A stretch of 64,000 nucleotides of DNA from an uncultured Chloroflexia bacterium. GTDB lineage: Bacteria; Chloroflexota; Limnocylindria; Limnocylindrales; CSP1-4. This document shows, one piece after another, positions 19,067 to 29,280 of this stretch. Positions within the stretch are counted from its first letter, which is position 1. Each line of letters starts with the position of its first letter. The stretch spans positions 736,001 to 800,000 of the forward strand of contig CAWEZH010000002.1 of assembly GCA_963813535.1 (NCBI GenBank), written 5' to 3'. The position numbers were made by a program, and so were the translations under genes. Under the pieces are notes generated by a model, which worked only from the letters and a program-made list of their open reading frames with translations, was not told where the DNA came from and ran no database searches.

Positions 19067-20431
19067 TCAGGCCCGGTCGATCCACCAGAGCTCGACCTCG
19101 GCGCCAGCTGAGAGGGTGTCGTTCGCCTCGGGGATCACGGCCAGCGCATCGGCCGTCGCCAGGGCCGACAGCACGTGGCTCCCCTGCCCGCCCGCACCGC
19201 CGGACAGGTGGACCGTGACACGGCCCCGGTCGTCGCGGCGAGGGGTTCCATGCTCGTCGCGATCGGCCGTGACGCGGACGAAGCCACGTCGTCCGGTCGA
19301 CTTCGTGACGTCGTCGGCGAGCACGGCACGGTCGACCGGCCGGAACAGCGCGTCGTCGCGATGTCCCGCGAGCCGGCGCAACGCGGGCCGGACGAACAGC
19401 TCGAAGGTGACGAAGGTCGACACCGGGTTGCCCGGCAGCCCGAAGAGCAGCGTGGGCGGCCGGTCCGGGTCGGTGCCGTCGTCACCCGGGGCTCGGGCCG
19501 TGCCGAAGGCGAACGGCTTGCCCGGCTGGACGGCGACGCGCCACAGGTCGATCTCGCCGAACTCGGCGAACGCGGCGCGGACGACGTCATATGGACCGAC
19601 CGAGACGCCGCCGGACACGATGATCGCGTCCGCCCCACCGACCAGACCCGCACAAAGCCGGGAACGCACGTCGTCGAACCGATCCGCGGCGATGCCCAGC
19701 GCGTCGGGATGGCCGCCTGCGGCCTCGACCATGGCCATGAGGGCTGGGCCGTTCGCGTCGGGGATCCCGGCAGCCCCGAGATCGGCACCGCGGGTCCGCA
19801 CCTCGTCGCCCGTCGCGAGGATGCTGACGCGCGGCCGGCGATGGACGTCGACCGTCTCGAGCCCGACGCCGGCAGCGAGACCGATCACGGCGGGGGTCAG
19901 TACCGTGCTCGGCTCGATGATCGGCGTCCCCGCCGACAGGTCGCTCCCCATGGTCCGGATCGACCCGCCGGCCGGGATCCTGGCATGTGCCGCGATCCCC
20001 GCGGGCAGCGGCCCGGTCGCATCCCGGCCGCGCTCACCGGCGACCGCCCCGCTCGCATCGAGCGGCGTGGTCTGCTCGACGGGGATGACGGCATCGGCCC
20101 CGGGCGGGACGGGTGCACCGGTCGCGATGCGGACGGTCGTGCCGCGCCGGACCTCGGTGTCAGGCGGCTGGCCTGCCGCGACCTCGCCGATCACCTCGAG
20201 CGTGGCGGGCGTGTCCTCGGAGGCGTCGGCCGTGTCACCGGACCGGATCGCGTAGCCGTCCATCGCCGAGTTGTCCCACGGTGGGAGGGCGATCGGGCTC
20301 GTCACGCGCGCCGCCGCAACCCGGCCGAGTGCCTCGGACAGCCAGGCCACTTCCGTCGGCGTCGGACCCGCGATCGCGGCGAAGACGCGCTCGCGCGCCT
20401 CCTCGACGCTGAGCAGTCGGTCACCGCTCAC
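19067..20431 (-). CDS. moeA: Molybdopterin molybdotransferase
   Basis: [45 protein letters not shown]. Confidence 0.95.
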   Translation of the reverse strand: MSGDRLLSVEEARERVFAAIAGPTPTEVAWLSEALGRVAAARVTSPIALPPWDNSAMDGYAIRSGDTADASEDTPATLEVIGEVAAGQPPDTEVRRGTTVRIATGAPVPPGADAVIPVEQTTPLDASGAVAGERGRDATGPLPAGIAAHARIPAGGSIRTMGSDLSAGTPIIEPSTVLTPAVIGLAAGVGLETVDVHRRPRVSILATGDEVRTRGADLGAAGIPDANGPALMAMVEAAGGHPDALGIAADRFDDVRSRLCAGLVGGADAIIVSGGVSVGPYDVVRAAFAEFGEIDLWRVAVQPGKPFAFGTARAPGDDGTDPDRPPTLLFGLPGNPVSTFVTFELFVRPALRRLAGHRDDALFRPVDRAVLADDVTKSTGRRGFVRVTADRDEHGTPRRDDRGRVTVHLSGGAGGQGSHVLSALATADALAVIPEANDTLSAGAEVELWWIDRA

Positions 20432-21126
20432 GGGCGCGTGCCCTGCAGCGTGGCCGCGGCCGGCACGGATCGAGCGCTCTGCGTGAGTCGGCGCGTGGCC
20501 ACGGCGGCGACGACCGCCGCCACGACGATGGACACGGCGCCGACCGCGATCGCGGTCTCCTGCCAGAACTGGAACGGGAAGAGCTGGACGAGCCTGTCCG
20601 TGGCGGGGTCGAACGTGTAGGAACCGCCCGCGAAGAACAGTCGATGGAAGGTCTCGAACAGCGCGTCGAACGCCACGAAGGAGAGGACGCCCCCGACCGC
20701 GAGGAGCACGATGAGCCCCACCGCCCCAGCTCGCACGGCCCGCCACGACGCCACGCGGTCGTCGCCTCGTCTCCGGGCGGCGACCAGAAGCCCCGTCGCG
20801 CCGACGAGGATGGCCAGGGCGAAGAAGCCCATGAACACGCCTCGGACGTCGCGCATGTGGCCCCGCTCCCGTTCATCCAGGACGGGCGCACCGCCGACCG
20901 CCGCGTCGAAGTCGGGCGGCCCGAAGACCAGGTCGGCCAGGATCGAGTCGGTCGCCTGCCGGAGGTCCGGTTCCGTGAACCCCGTCCACGCCGAAGCCTG
21001 GGCACGACCCTGCTCGAACGCCACCCACACGGGGTTGAGGAACAGCGGGATCGTCAGCGCCACGATGGCGAGACCGGTCGCGACCGCGATCCAGACGTCA
21101 CCGATCCGGCTCAGGGGCGTGCGCAC
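20428..21126 (-). CDS. Integral membrane protein (DUF1461/TIGR01906-like)
   Basis: E..HMRDVR.VF, F..LFETFH.LFF, L..LFP..FW. Confidence 0.82.
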   Translation of the reverse strand: MRTPLSRIGDVWIAVATGLAIVALTIPLFLNPVWVAFEQGRAQASAWTGFTEPDLRQATDSILADLVFGPPDFDAAVGGAPVLDERERGHMRDVRGVFMGFFALAILVGATGLLVAARRRGDDRVASWRAVRAGAVGLIVLLAVGGVLSFVAFDALFETFHRLFFAGGSYTFDPATDRLVQLFPFQFWQETAIAVGAVSIVVAAVVAAVATRRLTQSARSVPAAATLQGTRP

Positions 21127-21152
21127 CCGGGCATCGTAGCCCGAACCGGGCG

Positions 21153-21542
21153 CTACTCCTCTTCGAGGGTCTTGGCTTGCTCCCACCAGCCCGACACGGT
21201 CATGTCGTCAGGTGGCTCTCGCTTCAGCTCGGTGGCCGCACGGTGGATGCGCTCGCCGAACGCGTCGAGCGACAGGCTGAGGATGTCGCGGAGGCCGTCG
21301 ACCTCGGCCTGGATCATCAACTGGTGGTCAGCAGGACCGAAGCTCGCGAGGTTGAGCATCAGCGCCTCGTCGCGCCATTCGTTGACGTCATTGATCGTCG
21401 CGTCGACCTGGTCGGCGAGGTACTGGCGCCGGGTCGGCGTCTCGGAGCGCTCGAGCAGCAGGCCCGTCGTGAATGTGCCCTGCTTCTCGAGACGCGCGAG
21501 GTGGGCGGGCTCGATGCGGGTGAGCTCGTTGATCGGCGGCAT
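21153..21542 (-). CDS. DUF4332-like protein
   Basis: MPPINELTRIEP...LE..G..TT..LL...TP..R..LA...V..W.EQAK.L; TATCAT 7 nt before the ATG. Confidence 0.72.
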   Translation of the reverse strand: MPPINELTRIEPAHLARLEKQGTFTTGLLLERSETPTRRQYLADQVDATINDVNEWRDEALMLNLASFGPADHQLMIQAEVDGLRDILSLSLDAFGERIHRAATELKREPPDDMTVSGWWEQAKTLEEE

Positions 21543-21613
21543 GGCGGCGATGATACCGGCGCGGACGACCCCCCCGTGACCGACGGCGGCCCGGCCCAAC
21601 CCCAGGGGGATGA

Positions 21614-22220
21614 TCAGCGGCGGGACTGGGGACCGCGCATCGGGCCGACCGGCTGACCGGCCGCGGACGCCTCGATGAGCGCGTCGACCCGACGAGCACG
21701 CGTCTCGGGCTTCTTGGCACTTGCGACCCAGTACGTGATCGTCCGGCGGTAGCCACGGCGGGCGACGCTCCCAGTCGGCCCACGCTGCGTCGTCTGCCTT
21801 GAGCCGCGCGATCTCGTCGTCGCTCAGTCTCGCCTCGTCACGCTCGTACGAGTAGATCGCCGTCTTCTCCGGATCACGCGCCTCGTACGCCGCCAGCCCA
21901 GCCGGTCGCATCCGACCCTGCTTCCTGAGTTCGGCGACCTTCGCGACGTTGATGGCGCTCCAGATGCTGCGCTTGCGCCGCGGCGTAAACCGTTGCGCCG
22001 AGCGCTCCCCGTCGATCGAGTAGCGCACGCTGTCGATCCAGCCGACGCAGAGCGCCTCGTCGACCGCCTCGGACCAGCTGACGGTCGGGCGCCCGGTCGA
22101 CTTCTTGTGGTAGCCGAGCCAGAGCTCGTCGGCGGTCGCATGGTTCGCGTCGAACCAGTCGCGCAGGGCATCGGTCGACTCGAGGAAGAGGACGTCGTCC
22201 GGGTCCGGTCGCGAGGTCAC
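21614..22220 (-). CDS. YdeI/OmpD-associated family protein, apparent frameshift near 21755
   Basis: EAVDEALCVGWIDS, RFTPRR..S.WS..N; shifted frame continues GYRRTITYWVASAKKPETRARR to a stop at 21614. Confidence 0.85.
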
Positions 22221-23650
22221 GTGCCGACGCTACTGCGCGCCGCCTGGCGGAGCAGCTCCCAGGCCCGCTCGACATGGCGTGGCTCCGTGCGCAGGTTCCC
22301 GACCGACAGCCGGATCGTGAACCTGCCCGCGAGTCGGGTATGCGACAGGAACACCTCACCGGTCCGGTTCACGGCGTCGATGATCGCGGCGTTCCGCGCG
22401 TCGAGCTCCTCCTCGGTCACGCCCCGACCAGGGTTCCAGCGGAAGCAGACCGTCGCGAACGGAACGGGCGACAGCCGCTCCCACGCCGGATCGTCGTCGA
22501 CCCAGCCGGCGACGTCCTGGGCCATCCCGATGTGCCGCTCGATCCGACGCCGAAGCCCATCGAGCCCGAACCAGCGGAGCTGCAGCCAGAGCTTGAGCGC
22601 TCGGAACCGGCGCCCCAGCTGCGGCTGGTACTCGGTGTAGTCGCGGACCGGCGTGTCGCGATCGAGCGTGCGCAGGTATTCGGGCACGAGGCTGAACGCC
22701 GACCGCAGGTCGGCCATGCGCCGGGTGAGGAGCAGCGACGCGTCGAGTGGCGTGAACAACCACTTGTGCGGGTTGACGACGATCGACTCGGCACGTTCCC
22801 AGCCGTCGAACGGTGCTCGACGCTCCGGGATCAAGGCCACGGCCCCGGCATAGGCCGAGTCGACGTGGAGCCACAGCCCGTGCCGTTGCGCGACGTCGGC
22901 GATCTGGGCGACGGGGTCGATCGCGGTCGACGAGGTCGTCCCGATCGTGGCGACGACCGCGATCGGCAGCCGGCCGGCTCCTCGATCGGCCCCGATCGCG
23001 GCGTCGAGCGCTTCCGGACGCATGGCGAACGCGTCATCGACCGGGATCCGGACGAGGCCCTCGCGGCCGATGCCGAGCGTCATGCACGCCTTCTCGATCG
23101 AGCTGTGCGCCTCCTGCGAGGCGTAGACGCGGATCGGTGGGACGTCGGGCCGGCCGGCCAGCCCGCGCGCCGCGATGTCAAGTCCCGTCGCTTCGCGTGC
23201 CGCTGCGAGCGCGATCAGCGACGAGGTCGATGCTGTGTCGGTCAACAGACCATCGAACCCGACGGGCAGCCCGAGCCCCTGGCGCAGCCAGTCGACGACG
23301 ACCTCCTCGAGCTCGGTGCCGATCGGCGACGTCCTCCAGAGCATCGGGTTCTGGCCGAGCGACGCGGTCAGCATCTCGCCGAGGATGCCGGGCCCCGACG
23401 CTGTCGTCGCGAAGTACGCCATGAAGCCCGGGTGCTGCCAGTGCGTCGCATTGGGGACGACCAGCCGGTCGTAATCCGCGAGGATCGCGTCGATCGCCTC
23501 GGCTGTCTCGGGCGGCTCGCTCGGGAATGTGGGTCGCAGCGAGCCGGGCTCGATCGGAGGGAAGACGGCGTGGTCCTCGACGTGCTCGAGGTACTCGGCG
23601 ATCAGGTCGGCGACCTGATGGGCGGCCGCCCGGAACGCGGCGGCATCCAT
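22217..23650 (-). CDS. PLP-dependent aromatic L-amino-acid decarboxylase (group II)
   Basis: THWQHPGFMAYF, HSSIEKA, GTTS, WLHVDSAYAG, NPHKWL, LGRRFRALKLW; start uncertain. Confidence 0.92.
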   Translation of the reverse strand: MDAAAFRAAAHQVADLIAEYLEHVEDHAVFPPIEPGSLRPTFPSEPPETAEAIDAILADYDRLVVPNATHWQHPGFMAYFATTASGPGILGEMLTASLGQNPMLWRTSPIGTELEEVVVDWLRQGLGLPVGFDGLLTDTASTSSLIALAAAREATGLDIAARGLAGRPDVPPIRVYASQEAHSSIEKACMTLGIGREGLVRIPVDDAFAMRPEALDAAIGADRGAGRLPIAVVATIGTTSSTAIDPVAQIADVAQRHGLWLHVDSAYAGAVALIPERRAPFDGWERAESIVVNPHKWLFTPLDASLLLTRRMADLRSAFSLVPEYLRTLDRDTPVRDYTEYQPQLGRRFRALKLWLQLRWFGLDGLRRRIERHIGMAQDVAGWVDDDPAWERLSPVPFATVCFRWNPGRGVTEEELDARNAAIIDAVNRTGEVFLSHTRLAGRFTIRLSVGNLRTEPRHVERAWELLRQAARSSVGT

Positions 23651-23700
23651 GTCGACCAGGCCATCGACTTGGGCGGCGTCGAGGGCGGACTTGGACGTGG

Positions 23701-24579
23701 TCAGACGGACTCCCCGACTTGGGACAGGATCGAGCTCACCTGCGATCCGAGGAAGATGAGGGCGACGATGCTCAGCAAGGGGATCAGCAGGAGGATCAAG
23801 AGGATCACGACGCAGCCGATCGCGAGGCCATTGCCGGCGTTGACTGGTCGCACGACGGCAGAGTTGGCCAGTCGATCGTGGAGACCCTGCTTCGTCGGGC
23901 TCGCGGCCGTCGTGATGAGCAGGACCAGCGCCCAGAGGAAATACAGGCTGCTGGCGCCGGCCAGTCCGGGTACGAACCCGATCAGCCAGATGAACTCCCC
24001 GAAGCCGAGCCAGCGACGGATGGCCTGGTCCAGGGTGAGCGGCCGACCGTCGAATGCATTGCCGACCTGGATCTTGAGCAGACGCTGGCCGAGCGTCGCC
24101 CGCCGGCCGCCGCTCCATGACCCGATGAAGTAGAGCGCGCTGACCGCCAGACCCACGATGGTGAGCTCGTTCGCGAAAAAGAGCTCGTTGTAGTCGACTT
24201 GACTCGTCGGTGAGTCGAACGTGGTCGTGACCGCGGTGCCGACGCCGAGGATGCTCCCGATCACGGCTCCGATCAACGTCAGCAGAAGGCCGTCGATGAA
24301 CCAGGCAGCGACCCTCGGGATCGTGTCCGAGAACGCGAGTCCGGGCGCCACCTCCTGGCGGACAGGCGCAGGAGGAGCCCAGCCGACGCCAGGCGGAAGG
24401 CCACTGGCGGTCGGTTCGGGCGGGTTCGGCGCGGTCGCGGGCGCTGTCGGCTCCGGCGGCCCGCCGGTGGTCGTCGCGGCCACAGGTGGGGTGTACGGCG
24501 CGGTGTCGGCGCCCGGATCGGACGACGGTGGCCGATCGTCGGTCGGACGATCGCCTGATCCGGGCGGTCCGCTGGTCAT
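23701..24579 (-). CDS. RDD family membrane protein
   Basis: R.AAWFID, ATLGQR, KQGLHDRLA.S.VV; Pro-rich N-terminus. Confidence 0.88.
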   Translation of the reverse strand: MTSGPPGSGDRPTDDRPPSSDPGADTAPYTPPVAATTTGGPPEPTAPATAPNPPEPTASGLPPGVGWAPPAPVRQEVAPGLAFSDTIPRVAAWFIDGLLLTLIGAVIGSILGVGTAVTTTFDSPTSQVDYNELFFANELTIVGLAVSALYFIGSWSGGRRATLGQRLLKIQVGNAFDGRPLTLDQAIRRWLGFGEFIWLIGFVPGLAGASSLYFLWALVLLITTAASPTKQGLHDRLANSAVVRPVNAGNGLAIGCVVILLILLLIPLLSIVALIFLGSQVSSILSQVGESV

Positions 24580-25604
24580 ACCGGATTACTGGGCAGTGAC
24601 TCGATGTACTCCTGGATCTGCGGCATCGCTGCTGCGAAGAAGATCGTCGTCGCGACGAACCCGAGCAGGATGATCAGCACACCCCACACGAGGCAGCCGG
24701 CAAAGGTCGCCCCGTTGCCGCTCGTCACGGAGCGGATGACAAGGGAGTTCGCCCACTTGTCGTGGAGGCCCTGACGACGATCGTTCGTGACGGTCGTGAA
24801 GAACAGGAAGACCCAGAGCGCGAATTGGATCAGACCCTGCGATGCCTGCAACGCCGGGACAAGCGTGAGCAGGCTGAGTGGCCACCCAAGGGCGATCCAG
24901 CGTTTGGTCGCCTGGACGACGGTCAGCCCACCACCGCTGCCGGCATCGACGAGCCGCATCTTGAGCCCGATCATCCCCGGCGTCGCACGCCAGCGGCTGG
25001 TCCAGAACCCGACGAAGTACAGGTACTGGATGCCAAGCCCGATGAGGGTCACGAGGACGAGGTCGAGCGTGAGCGGGATCGAGTAAGCGGTGGTCGCGTT
25101 GAAGCCTCCGGTCGGGTCGCGTTGCGCCTGCTCGAGTGCGTCGGTGATGATCCGCGACCAGTCGATGAGGACGAGGCTGAGAGCGGCAGGCACGATCCCC
25201 GCGATCGTGATGTCGATCAGCCAGGCCACGAAGCGGGCGCCGACCCCCGCGATGACATAGCCGTCCTGCTGTGGCGCTGCTGCCGCGGCTGCCGGGACCT
25301 CCCAGCCACCTGTCGGGGCGACCGGCGGCGGAACGGCACCCTGGCTGGGCTGCTCCCAGCCGGAGGCTGGTGGCGTCGGGGTCGCGCTGATGATCGGGCC
25401 CGCAGCAGCTGCCGGCGGCACGTCGCCGGCCGGCGGCGGCGCGTCGGGCGTCGGCGGCTCGGCCGCGTCGCCCGGGCCGCCCTCAGCAGCCGGCTTCTCG
25501 GGTTCGGGCTCCGGCGGCGTCCACGCGACGGTCGGCTCGTTCTCGGGTCCGCCATCGCCCCCCGGCTGGTCCGGTCGAGGGCGGTCGTCGGGTGGTTGGG
25601 TCAT
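24576..25604 (-). CDS. RDD family membrane protein
   Basis: ARFVAWLID, ATPGM, RQGLHDKWA; long Pro-rich N-terminus. Confidence 0.88.
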   Translation of the reverse strand: MTQPPDDRPRPDQPGGDGGPENEPTVAWTPPEPEPEKPAAEGGPGDAAEPPTPDAPPPAGDVPPAAAAGPIISATPTPPASGWEQPSQGAVPPPVAPTGGWEVPAAAAAAPQQDGYVIAGVGARFVAWLIDITIAGIVPAALSLVLIDWSRIITDALEQAQRDPTGGFNATTAYSIPLTLDLVLVTLIGLGIQYLYFVGFWTSRWRATPGMIGLKMRLVDAGSGGGLTVVQATKRWIALGWPLSLLTLVPALQASQGLIQFALWVFLFFTTVTNDRRQGLHDKWANSLVIRSVTSGNGATFAGCLVWGVLIILLGFVATTIFFAAAMPQIQEYIESLPSNPV

Positions 25605-25644
25605 GGTCCTTCCCTTCCCTGCGAGGCCCCCATGATACGGACCG

Positions 25645-26391
25645 CTACGAGGGCCAGAGTTCCCGGATCTGCTCGGCGAAGTAGTCGAACGGGTTCGTCC
25701 CGGGCGGGAAGGCGTTCGTGTTGCCAAGGCTGCCGATGATCGAGAACAGCGCGACGACCAGCACCACCTCCACGACCGTCACGATGATCAGCAGCCAGAC
25801 GCAACCGACCGCCCATCGATTGCTCTGACCTGCTGGTCGGACCAGCGCCGACTTCGCGAACCGGTCGTGGATGCCTTGCTTGGTCGGACTCACGATCATC
25901 GAGATCACGAGGACGACCGACCAGACGAAGGACAGCGCGTACGCCGCGACGGCGACCGACAGGACGGGCAAGAGGACCAGCAAGCTGATCCACCATCCCA
26001 TCGCGAGCCACCGCTCGACGGCCTGGGTCGTCGTCAGCGGGCGTCCGTCGAAGGCGTTCGCCACCTGGATCCCGAACGCGCGCTGTCCCGGTGTGCCCCG
26101 TCGGCCGCCGCTCCAGAAGAACAGGAAGTAGGCCGCGTAGATCGCGAAGCTGAAGATCGACACGCCGACGAACGTCGCCCGCGGCAACGGCTCGGGCACC
26201 GACGCACTCGTGAAGGCCGTGTCGTACATACCCAGGACGGCCGGCGGGATCGACACGAGCGCGCTGAGCAAGACGCCGTCGAGGACATACGCGGCGATAC
26301 GAGAGGGCGTGTCGGCGAAGACGAGCCCGGGCGGCAACAACGTGGCCGCCGCGGGCGGCGCCTCGGGCAGTCGCTGCTCGTCAGCGGTCAC
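25645..26391 (-). CDS. RDD family membrane protein
   Basis: RIAAYVLD, GTPGQR, KQGIHDRFA. Confidence 0.88.
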   Translation of the reverse strand: MTADEQRLPEAPPAAATLLPPGLVFADTPSRIAAYVLDGVLLSALVSIPPAVLGMYDTAFTSASVPEPLPRATFVGVSIFSFAIYAAYFLFFWSGGRRGTPGQRAFGIQVANAFDGRPLTTTQAVERWLAMGWWISLLVLLPVLSVAVAAYALSFVWSVVLVISMIVSPTKQGIHDRFAKSALVRPAGQSNRWAVGCVWLLIIVTVVEVVLVVALFSIIGSLGNTNAFPPGTNPFDYFAEQIRELWPS

Positions 26392-26455
26392 GGCAAACCG
26401 CTCCCCTCGTGTCGTATGAGACCTCGCCGACGGTCGGCGAGGTCGCCGTTCCCGG

Positions 26456-26716
26456 TTAGACCGCGGCGCGGCGGCCCATCACACCTCGATACAGCGCGAC
26501 CACGATGACGGCGCCGATCACGGAGACGATGATGCTCTCGATGTTGATGCCGGTGACGTCGGCCACCTTCAGGACCGTGCCGGCAAGAAAGCCACCCACG
26601 ACCGCCCCGATGATGCCGAGGAGGATCGTGGCGAGCACCCCGCCACTGCCACCCATGAGCAAGTTGGTGATGAACCCGGCGATCGCACCGAGCACGATCC
26701 ACGCGATGATGCCCAC
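26456..26716 (-). CDS. GlsB/YeaQ/YmgE (transglycosylase-associated) membrane protein
   Basis: IIAWIVLGAIAG...ILLGIIGAVVGG...VIGAVIV; RBS AGGAGGT. Confidence 0.92.
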   Translation of the reverse strand: MGIIAWIVLGAIAGFITNLLMGGSGGVLATILLGIIGAVVGGFLAGTVLKVADVTGINIESIIVSVIGAVIVVALYRGVMGRRAAV

Positions 26717-26880
26717 ACCTACCTCCTAGCGCGGACCAGGACAGCGGTCGTGTGACCGCGGTCGGGCGTCCCGGCTCCGTCTGGGGCGGATGGTACCTGC
26801 GCCAGGCGGTGTCTGCGACATTGCAGACTCGTCGCGGATGTCCGCCCCAGCACCCGGTGCAGCGACCGCAGGAAGGTCGG

Positions 26881-27528
26881 CTAGATCCTCGATCGGCTGG
26901 GGGTCGCTTCTGGCTGGGCAGCCTCGCTCACGGGGATGGTCTCCCGCATCAGCCAGACGCCGAGCCAGGCGATGGCGATGCCCAGGATGACGCCGCCGCT
27001 CAGGTAGGCAAGGCCGATGGGAACGCCCGACAACAAACCGCCGACCAGGATGGCGCCAGAGATCGCCGTCGGAAACACGTGAGCCCGGAGGCTGGCGGCT
27101 CCGAACAGGGCCCAGCCGATGCCCAGCACAACAAAGCTCGAGATGCCACCCAACTGCAGGCGGCCCCCAACGAAGGTCGGGATCGCTTCGGGAACGACCT
27201 CTGCGATCCGAGGCACGGCGAACGCCTCGTACCACCAATCCCCGGTCATGAAGATCGTGCCCAGCAATGCGGTCGCGAAGCCGATCAGGCCGAACCAGCC
27301 AGCGCTCGGCGCCTCGCGCTCGTAGATGGCGACGAGGGCGAGCACGAGCAACCCGAACGCCACGATCGTGACGACGCTGGTGATCGCATGCGTCGGGCCG
27401 AGGATGTATTCGGTCAGATCACCGCCAGTCAGGACGAGGAGCATGGTGGGGAGCCTGGTCGCCACGACCAATACGCCGGTGACGACTGCGAGCGGCCCCG
27501 CGATCCGCGATAGCGGTGACGTCGACAT
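26881..27528 (-). CDS. Hypothetical multi-pass membrane protein
   Basis: About six hydrophobic segments; GAGAGGG upstream. Confidence 0.75.
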   Translation of the reverse strand: MSTSPLSRIAGPLAVVTGVLVVATRLPTMLLVLTGGDLTEYILGPTHAITSVVTIVAFGLLVLALVAIYEREAPSAGWFGLIGFATALLGTIFMTGDWWYEAFAVPRIAEVVPEAIPTFVGGRLQLGGISSFVVLGIGWALFGAASLRAHVFPTAISGAILVGGLLSGVPIGLAYLSGGVILGIAIAWLGVWLMRETIPVSEAAQPEATPSRSRI

Positions 27529-27561
27529 CTCAACCCTCTCCGGACCGTGCCTGGACGATCC

Positions 27562-27825
27562 TTATGGCGCAGGCGACGGCGACGCGACCGACGGCGACGC
27601 GGCCGACGGCGACGCCGATCCAAAGACGTCGGAGTCGTCCAAGCGCGGGTCGCTCGCGGTGCAGCCGGCGGCCAGTGCGCCAAGGACCATTACGCCGAGC
27701 AGCAACGACTGGAGCATCGGGTAGCGGGCGAGCGCCCGCTTCCTCTGGGTCTTCGACGGTCGCACCGGCGCACCTCCCACGTGGTCGTGTGCCCCCGAGT
27801 CTGACCCGACGGCGACAGTCGTCAT
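27562..27825 (-). CDS. Possible small lipoprotein
   Basis: LLLGVMVLGALAAGC lipobox-like segment and SPS repeats; start uncertain. Confidence 0.45.
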   Translation of the reverse strand: MTTVAVGSDSGAHDHVGGAPVRPSKTQRKRALARYPMLQSLLLGVMVLGALAAGCTASDPRLDDSDVFGSASPSAASPSVASPSPAP

Positions 27826-28079
27826 GACGAGACGGTCATGTCGACCAGCGACGCCTCGATCGCCGTCTGAGGGGATGACGACCCGTCATACGCTCCGTCG
27901 CGGACGGCGCACACTGTTCGAGAGGCATTTCGCCGCGGAGGGGACCCTTCCTGGGGGATATGGGTCCCTCCGCGCGTGGCGCTGTACGGGGGAGGAACCT
28001 GCCCACCTGGCTTCAAGGCGAGACGGGCCGACGAAGAAGCGATGAGGCCCTCGATCGTCCAGCCAGAAGGGGAACACCC

Positions 28080-28553
28080 ATGACCCGCAACACCATGACC
28101 CAGGTGGGCACCGTGCTCGCTATCGCCGTCTTCGCGATCGCGGGGTGCAGTCAGGCCACCCCGGGCGCTTCGGCTGCCCCGACCGGCGCCGGCTCCTCGG
28201 CGGCCTCCGTAGCCCCGGGCTCGAGCGCCACCGCCTGCCAGGACCTGACCGCGTTCAAGACCTCGGTCGACGGGCTCCGAGCGCTCGATCTCGCGAGCCT
28301 TGCTTCCGATGGCGTCACGACCGCCGTCGCCGATGTCGAGTCGGCGGCCTCGTCGCTCGCTGCCTCCGCGAAGGCAGAGGCTGGACCGGAGGTCGATGCG
28401 CTGGAGACCGCGATCCTTGGCTTGAAGCTCGCCGTCGTGAACCTGACCAGTGAGGAGACGCTGGTTCAGAAGAGAGCCGAGATCAAGGCGGCCGTCGTCG
28501 GAGTGGACCAAGCGACGACGGCGCTGGCGACCGCGCTCACCGCTTGCCAGTAG
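28080..28553 (+). CDS. Putative lipoprotein
   Basis: Signal peptide ending FAIAGC; Ala/Ser linker and helical domain; RBS GAAGGGGA. Confidence 0.75.
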   Translation: MTRNTMTQVGTVLAIAVFAIAGCSQATPGASAAPTGAGSSAASVAPGSSATACQDLTAFKTSVDGLRALDLASLASDGVTTAVADVESAASSLAASAKAEAGPEVDALETAILGLKLAVVNLTSEETLVQKRAEIKAAVVGVDQATTALATALTACQ

Positions 28554-28765
28554 GAGGCGTCCAAGATCTGCCGGGGGCGACCGGATCTGAACGTTCGACC
28601 GACCGTCGTCACGAAGGTTCCGGGATCGGAGCGAGGGACGGGAGCCAGGGCGATCGCGAGCCGACGCACCGGCGCTTCTAGCCGTTTGCCGTAACAAGCG
28701 CGTTCGAAGCGCGTGTACAGGGAGCGACCGGGCGGTCGCAGATCATCCTGTATGGAGCGGGAACG

Positions 28766-29239
28766 ATGGTGCGTCACCCAACGATCGGACTCGCCGGCTT
28801 GCTCGTCGTAGTCCTCGCAGCCTGCGGTATGACGCAGAAGCCGATCCCGCCTGATGCCCAGGTGCTGCACCTGGTCATCACGCCAGCCGAGATACGTCTT
28901 GACCCTGCGACCGCCCGGGCCGGGTATGTCTACGTCGTTCTCGACACGCCGAATACTGGCTACACCTTCGTGTCGACCGGGCTTGGGCCGGACGGGGAGA
29001 TTCCGTTGACCGACGACGATCTGGCTCGTCTCAGGCGGGGCGATCAACAGGGGATGTCATTCGCGTTCTGGGGTGGCGAGCAATGTTCGCTGGAGCAGAT
29101 CGCCGAGGGCCGCGGCAAGATGGGTCCGCCATGCGGGAACGTCGCGGAGATGAACTTGACTCCCGGCATGTACGCGTTCTTGATCGAAGCTGACGCGGGC
29201 CCCCCGACAGCGATGGCGATCCTCCAGGTCGAGTCGTAG
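28766..29239 (+). CDS. Putative lipoprotein (possible cupredoxin-like fold)
   Basis: VVLAAC lipobox; I.L.P.T..AG and LTPG.Y.F patterns. Confidence 0.65.
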   Translation: MVRHPTIGLAGLLVVVLAACGMTQKPIPPDAQVLHLVITPAEIRLDPATARAGYVYVVLDTPNTGYTFVSTGLGPDGEIPLTDDDLARLRRGDQQGMSFAFWGGEQCSLEQIAEGRGKMGPPCGNVAEMNLTPGMYAFLIEADAGPPTAMAILQVES

Positions 29240-29280
29240 TTGCCTGAGTCACATAGTTCGGGTCTGTACCTGACGCGTCG

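Noticed and set aside
21153-22220. 355-aa apparent YdeI-DUF4332 fusion in the ORF track
   Set aside because: Artefact of the frameshift near 21755; the corrected YdeI stops at 21614 and the second gene has its own -10 and ATG.
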